NCBI RefSeq assembly: GCF_000143415.4
Contig: NW_003314274.1
Location: forward strand, 124,001 to 188,000
Source of the DNA: Selaginella moellendorffii
Lineage: Eukaryota; Plantae; Lycopodiophyta
DNA length: 64,000 nt
Direction of reading: 5' to 3'
The notes beneath the pieces were generated by a model. It had not been told where the DNA came from and made no database searches. It worked only from the letters and a program-made list of their open reading frames with translations. The first letter of the stretch is position 1. Each line of letters opens with the position of its first letter. This document shows, in pieces, positions 56,961 to 64,000 of this stretch. Made by a program: the position numbers and the translations under genes.

Positions 56961-59900
56961 TGAGACCTGTGGTACTCAGGAGGAACTTGGCGACCTCTTC
57001 AGGAATTTTCTCCACTTTCTTGGTTTTTACAAAAAAATCAATACCCTTGCAAATAGTATGATTTCTTCCTGCATAGTGTAAAAAGCTTGTAATTGAATGC
57101 CAAGTCCTTCATTCATCCCTGGTGTATAAGGTGGAAAATTTATATAAGAAATTCACAGTGCTGGCGCTTATTTACAATGAAGCAAGGATAGAGATTACCT
57201 AAAGCTCAAGGAAACACATCTTTACTCAAAAGTAACTGCACTTTCAGTTGATGCTTGGTCTATTGCTGGTTCATTGGTCTATTGCAGTATTGCAGTCCAG
57301 TGTGCTGTTCAGAAGTCGTTCAGAAATCGGTGTCCTCAGCAGTCGTGTGTGTGTCTGTGTAGAGAGAGGCTACTTTGCAGTTCAAAATCTGCCCAATCTC
57401 CCCAAAAGTTGGAGCGTCATTACAAAGTTGAAGCATGAAGTTTTTAAATTTTAACCATTAGATCAAAAGTATATTCTTAGATAAAAGAATATGTGACACT
57501 TAGATGCCAGATGCCAATAAGAGGTTTAGCCAAAAATAAAAAAATTAAAAAGGCAAATAGTTTAGGAGATTGCAAATATCAACTAGTAAATTTCTTCTAA
57601 TTCTTTTAAAATTTAATGTTACAGGTTAAATATAATGCATTTAGTGAAATTTGGCTTTTTTATCAGCTTCAAAATTTACATCAATTCATTGAAGTTTTTT
57701 GTAGTGATTAGAGTAAATTACAAAATAATAAATTCACTAAGATTTACAAACTTTATAAAACTTAATATTTGGTTTTTAATGGCAAAACAAGTTCAATAAC
57801 TACTGTTTAAAATGAAATGTTTAGATATTAGTTTTATCTTTTACTAGATTAATTACACTTGTGATAATGCTAAGAAATCACTTGAAAATTATTAGAAAAA
57901 TTAACAATGAAACTAAAATATTACAAATTTTACTCTAAATTTTAATTTTTTAAATTATTTTTATTATAAATTTAAGGAGTGAAGATGTAAATCTAATTCT
58001 ATGATTTAGAGACATATGTAATGTATTAGTAAACATTTATTTATATTTATCATTCTAGTGATCATACTTAGAAGCATACTTTTCATCTTACTTATGCTTT
58101 TTGAGTTAGTTGCAAAATCCATTAATGATATCTATTTAGCCACGTATATTGCTATTCGGTGCTTAGTATTAGAGGGGGCATAATATCATATATTTGCCAT
58201 CTTTCTATATTTGCTAAAGTGTATTTTACCATCACTCTTCATGAGAGAATTTGAACTTTAACTTTTACTCATGAGATTTTGAACTCAAATTATATTAAAA
58301 ATTAATTTTCATTCATAGGTTGGACCAAATTAGTTTCTAAAAACATTATAAAACTAGGACTTTGTATTTAAAATCTTTAACACAAATTCATTTTTTTCTT
58401 CTTTTATTTAGTATTTGATTAGTAATTTCATCATCTTCCCTCTCTTGATGACAAGCTCTTGATAGTTTTAACAGTCTAAGTACAAAGCTCTTGCACCATT
58501 CATTCATAGGTGAACATGATCCAAACCACTACAAACAAACATTGTATCACAATAGCCATAGAAGGCCATAAGAAAAAGATCACAGAGCAACAAAGGTGAC
58601 AACTTCTATGCTAAACTCACTTTGTGTAAATTGCATTTTGTTTTGGCTTTTCCACTTCGACTTAAAACTCTCTAAGGTCAAGATAGAAAATTAAATGCAA
58701 TGTTTACTTGAGACTCAAGTCTTATTATTCCTTCTTGCAACTAGCTCTAGGAATTAGCTAACGCTTGGAAGAGTTTGCATAGCTCTGTTCTTCCACTGTC
58801 TACCTTACCAGGACTCGTCCACACGGTGACTACTAGGGTGACTTCTAATTCAAACATCATATGTCTTGAACTTGCACAACATATTGACATTCGAGATCTC
58901 CCTAAATGCCCAAGTCTTGTTTAAAAACATTTGTGAATCATAGCATCACATGGTTCTTGGAGCTCCTTCTCTCAATAAGTCCTTGATTCTTAATCGGCAT
59001 ACAGCCTGGTGCGCAGGATATATGAATATTGGTGTTGAGACATCCATGCAAACGATCACAAACAATAGTGGCCAAGTTCTTGGGACAAACTCCTCTTTAT
59101 GTGAGCTACTATCCACAGCAGCAGCCAGCCAGCCAAGAACGGCGGCAAGTGTTGGACGACTAGAGAACTCCACTTTGACAATGGTGGGTATCTATCTTAA
59201 CAGTGGAATCTACTTACCTGGGAGCCACACCGAGTTGAGGATCACGAGAGGGACGGCTAACAAATGTGACATCACATTCTAGGGGCAAGAAGTACTTGAA
59301 GCAATTTGCAGATCTCCCACCGACTTTACCTGGTTAGAAGCGACAATATGAGCTGTTGGAAGCATTCCCCAGCTACCAAGCATCTTACTTCAACTCTAAC
59401 AAGTAGGTGCAATAGAGAATTGAGCTTATTGAGCAAGTCTACGAGTGCAAATTGCTAGACCATGTTTGTGAACTGGAAATAAGAAATAGTCTCATTGGAT
59501 TGCGACAGTAGCTTAGGAAAGTGGTGGATGCCATGAAGGAGATGGGGAATGAGCTCATAAAGTACAAATATAATTGGAGCTCGGGAATTTGAAGTTCAAG
59601 TGAAGATCTCTACTTTTTGAAAGTATCAATTTAACTTCAAAATTATCAATATAGCTTGTATGTAAAGATAAGATTGCCATACCAACGGTTGCAGTGACTT
59701 TTTGTCATGGAATTGCAACAATAAAAAGCCTATGGTGAGAACCATGCAACTATACTAATGAGGACAAATACATTTGTAGATCCGGGTTTAATGTAAATCC
59801 TTTTCAAGACAGCATTCCAAACTTGTGCTTGGCACTGAAGAAATATTATTCTGAATTTGGTTTTATTTCCTCAAAAGCTAAATGTTATAGAAGATATATT

Positions 59901-60249
59901 GGCCTCGAGGGCCATTGAAGATGATAACAAGCTAATAGTCTCTAGTGTAAATCTTTGATTTATTCACAATATGGTAAGAGAATAAATAAAAGAAAGAAAG
60001 AAGAAAAATGAAGAAAGAGGCAATTTTATGACATCTTTAACTGTATATATACACATATACACATGACGAAGTATGACTTATAAAAGCAAGTTCAGAAAAC
60101 AAATGCTTTTTGCTAGAAACTAAAACCACATCTATGATATATATAAATTGTAAACCAAACAGTTTACATTCTCGTGAACTAGGGTTATATATATTTAAAA
60201 TATTAAATATTGTAAACCTATAATATATATCGCTATATATATCGCAACT

Positions 60250-62150
60250 TAAGCATAGCTCTACCGCTTCCTGGCAGCAGACGTCAATCGCTTGGAAACA
60301 AACGGGACCTGGATTCGCCTCCATGATGTGAAGTTCTGTGCGACAGTCGATCAGCGCAGCAGACGCTGAGCTCCTGCGTCTCGTATCGTCATTAAGGACC
60401 CCTGTGACCCCGGAATGCTATTCCAGTATTCCGTGTTCGGTGCTCCATGTGTTCCATGATCCCCCGGCTCCGTTGCCATCCGCCAGGCAGTCGACATCGA
60501 TCTCTGAAGAGCCCGTCAGATACTTGTCGTCTGTCAGGATCGACTACTTCAAACCCCCGTCTCCAAGTACTCTTCCAGGCTTTTCGTTGCTGTAAACTAT
60601 CTCCATGGCCCGTCCACCAAGAACATAGGAAGGACGGACAAGGACCGCCTCTCTGCAATCTCCAATGCGCCCTCTGCCTCCAGACGAGCTGCTATTCCCA
60701 GCTGCTTGAACAGCCTTTCCTGTCCTGGACAGCATCGATAGAATTTGGAGAAGCCTCGTCCAGACAGTTTTGTAAAGGCACCGCCAGCCTCAAAGATGTT
60801 TGGCAAGCAAACTGCCCGTCCGGCTTCTCCAAATCAATGATATTCAAGACCGCGGCTGAAAAGCCAGACCACCTCTCGCATCATAGCCAGTTGAGACGGG
60901 AATTCATCATCTGTTGTCTTAAATCCTATTTCCTGGAACGGAAAAAAAAAACGCGCCAGTCAATCAAGGAGTAACGATCATAAAACAAACCAACCAAAGC
61001 AGTAACTTAACAAGAACAAACAGGAGGAGCATGTACATACGTGAAGTACGAAGGATGTATGACAGCAGCAGTAGTCGAATTCACAGAATTCAATTCCTTG
61101 TCCGATACGATCGGGACCACCACCAAGGATCAATACCTTCTTCCTGTTGCAAGCCTGGGGCTATCGTCGTAGGATGAGTACCTGTAAGGTGTGTTGGCTT
61201 CGAACTCTGCAGCACAGGTGTTAAATGCTGGCACCACTCCCAGAGCTATCCTGTGAGCTCGAACCTCTGGTTCGGCAGTTTTTGTAGCATAAGTAACTTG
61301 TCTGTCGCCAAAAACCTCGTTGCTTGATCTGGTACATAGCTGTGTCAGCTTTGTGTTGGACAGAAACTCCTCCACCACGAATAACTCCTTGAGCTGTCCC
61401 AGGAACCACGGATCGAAAAAAGTCAGCTCGCAAATTTCTTCCGAGCTCGTTCTCCGCGTAAACGGAATATATCCGGAACTGGTTACTTAATCCCCTCGGC
61501 GTCACTTGAGTTCTTTGGTACCTTCGCAACATCCAAAGCCACCCGCTCCCAACGGCCTTCGAAAACGATTCCTGGAAAGTCCGCCTTCATCTGAATGGTA
61601 AGTATGGAACCTGCGATCCCGGAAACTCCTGAAAAGCAGAGCGTGGAATCTGCACACACTACACACAAAGCAAACGGGAATCCTCGTAAGAAGAAGGACG
61701 AGAAAGACAGGGACGCAAGAGAACTGACCTTCGTGACCGCACAATCCATAGATGGCTCAAAACTAGCAAGGTGCCTTTCGTTGGGAATCTGGTCCAAAGT
61801 GCAGCTTTATAGAAAAACCAGTGACCTTTGAAGCCAGCGCCGACGATCTCTGGATAACCATCACTTCTCAGATTTACTGCAAACTGGACGTTGGAGCCAC
61901 CGCATTCAACACCTTTCTCTCGGCTCTAGCTTGGTCCCGCGGTCTCTCGTATCCTTTTCTGTCAGGATCTGAGCTGGTGCTACTGTGAAAAAGTGCGAAC
62001 AAAGCCATGGGGTCGATGTTCTCGATCAAGCAGACGATGACACAAGTTGTCAGCGGGGTCCCCCTTAACTCCTATTTCGCACTCCTTCCAACCACGCCAA
62101 GCAAGGACTTCTCAACCGAGACCTGTGAAGTGATGCTCGCTGTCAAGCTT
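60250..62150 (-). pseudogene. carB: Carbamoyl-phosphate synthase large subunit pseudogene, with frameshifts and deletions; at least one intron retained (~61650-61729)
   Basis: IENIDPM, VAPAQILT, VECGGSNVQFAVN, ASFEPSMDCAVTK, LTIQMK, TCAAEFEANTPY.YSSYD, VRPSYVLGGRAMEIVYS, DKYL..EIDVDCLAD, GIMEH. Confidence 0.88.
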
Positions 62151-64000
62151 TAAAATAGATTTGAGCTCCTCCTCCTGTTGTACGCATTACCCCATCCGAT
62201 CCGATCCGTGGGTATGCGTGGAAGGAATCGGTGTAACAGCCGTTCGAGTCACTCCCTTTGAAATTCTCCGTTCTTCTTATCGCGCTTGGCTACCCTGGGA
62301 CGCAAGCTTGAAAGCCTACGATGCTTATCGTAAGTCATAGAGGCCGGATACTTTGGTGCCGATGAAAGGTGTGGAACTCTTTTGGAACTGCAAGGGATCT
62401 CTTGCGGTCACGCAGGAGTTGAGCTTTGGCAAGTGAATTTTGCTTTGATTATTCGTCCTGCATTTACCGTTCAGCCGCCATCGCTGCCTCTAGCAAACAC
62501 CTTAGGCCGAGAAATCCATTCCCCACACCGGGAAATGCGAGCGAGAATGCAGGCGCCGGCGGCACATCGACGCCTCGAAATCTAGCAGCTAGAGTCTCCT
62601 CCGCCATGAAATCCAGCTCCGAAACGCCTACCTCGGCTCAGCCACGCTTTCTAGGGCTCCTCAGACACCCTAATCGAAGATCGTTAATTAGAAGTATAGC
62701 CGATTGAGACGTATATTGTATAAATACGCATCCAGTACATTTATTGTATCGCCCACGTACACACACACTCACACACACATACAACTAAGGCTGCATGATT
62801 GGTGACAAGTATGGTCGACCAGATATTATACAAAACCTCTTGAAAGACTATAACGGCTGGTGGTTGGTATTTCTACGTCCGCGGCCGTACGAAGTCTTTG
62901 ATTTTGTTAAGCGTATAAACACGTGGGTCAAGCACTAATCTAACAATCCGGCCGCCCCCGCCAAACAACACTGGCATGGCAATGATCCGCCAAACAAAAA
63001 CAACGAGACTAAGCTATGGGAGTGGCATCTCTTGGGAGTCCTTTGAAAGGAATTTTGGATGTTTAGAAGAACAGCGTGCGTGATTGATTGATGGAACCAC
63101 ATTTGGGAACAAGTTGTGCCTTGTCCCAACGCGTTTGTTTTGGGCCGTTTAGTTACAAGCTGGTTTTAAGAACATTAGATTTACGGCCCAAAGCCAAAAG
63201 TTTGGCCAACTAACATTTAACAAAAAATGGGTGAGAGCATAAATTTGCCAAATGGTGGCTTTTTGGGAAGCTCGAATGTGCCAATTGCGGCATCTAGTGA
63301 AGGGCAGAAGGATCACAATGCTCCCATAAGTAAGATTCGTTGCTTTGTTATTCTTTTTTCCACCATAACATTGCCAAATAGCTAGACCGAAATTTCTGCC
63401 GTACGGACGGGGCGAAAGTGGACCACTCCTGGCCGCCTGGCGAAAGTACAACCGGTTGAGTAACCCAAGCTATAGCACAAACAAGTTTTACCACGCCAAA
63501 AAGTCCACTGGAGTCATCGCATCGGCCATCTAGTATTACTTAAAGCACCGCCCCCTTGCTCATCGCCTTTCATTGCCATTGCTCGCTCCTTCCTCGGCCC
63601 GTTTTTTAGGTCACTATAAGCGCTTTGGCTTTGTTTTACCCTGTGTTCCCGGGGCGGGGCGCTGCCCGCGCGAGAGAAGGCGCGAGGGGAATTTCTTGGT
63701 GTCGCGCGCGCGGCCGCGATTTCTGGAGCGCCGAGGAGCCGCTCGGATGCCCGTCGCCAATGCAGATGTCGCCGCCGCGCCTCACTCTCTCCAAGAATCC
63801 CTGCCTGGGGAGCGCGCACAACAGGCCCGGGATGCGGCATTCTGTCCAGATTTCGGGCGGGGCTGAGCTCCGGATGGTGTGATTGAGCACCGGATTGACG
63901 AGATTTTGCCAAGAAATCAGCCTCTCTCTCGCCCCGCTGCTCTCTTTGCTCTCGCTCCTCCTGCCGCGCCGCCGCGATGTGTCGTCTCAATCCCTGCGAG

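Noticed and set aside
58600-59560. Possible LRR/NLR gene relic (LPKCPSL, SIPQLPS)
   Set aside because: The motif evidence is too fragmentary to support a call.
63514-64000. GC-rich overlapping ORFs at the window end
   Set aside because: No recognisable domain; the region is cut by the window edge and the true frame cannot be chosen.

Overview
Eukaryotic, intron-containing land-plant DNA. The very compact genes with ~45-60 nt GT-AG introns suggest a lycophyte such as Selaginella, which is an inference from architecture only. Bases 1-23 kb are gene-dense: a GT47/exostosin glycosyltransferase, geranylgeranyltransferase-I beta, a plant cryptochrome, two divergent SWEETs, an SKU5-similar oxidase, a RECQ4-type helicase and a beta-tubulin. 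Bases 23-56 kb are a nest of transposons. (i) A decayed Ty3/gypsy element (LTRs 23974-24150 and 35932-36106) has its gag start split by a 7.1-kb Sola-like DNA transposon (28424-35567, perfect 24-bp TIRs, AGGA TSD). (ii) A degenerate LINE has been interrupted by a young non-coding LTR element (42312-49875) and a TRIM (50399-51009). Bases 56-64 kb hold pseudogene fragments of a BIG ARF-GEF and of the carbamoyl-phosphate synthase large subunit. The most notable observation is that the Sola-like element carries a second, spliced accessory gene ending in an FCP1/NIF HAD-phosphatase-like domain, and contains about 10 dispersed copies of a 22-bp palindrome (ATGGCRTG-N6-CAYGCCAT) that I saw only inside this element. 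This resembles a TE-encoded factor plus its target motifs. Also notable are a dense hairpin/T-loop domain in the non-coding LTR element and SWEETs whose conserved pore asparagines are replaced.
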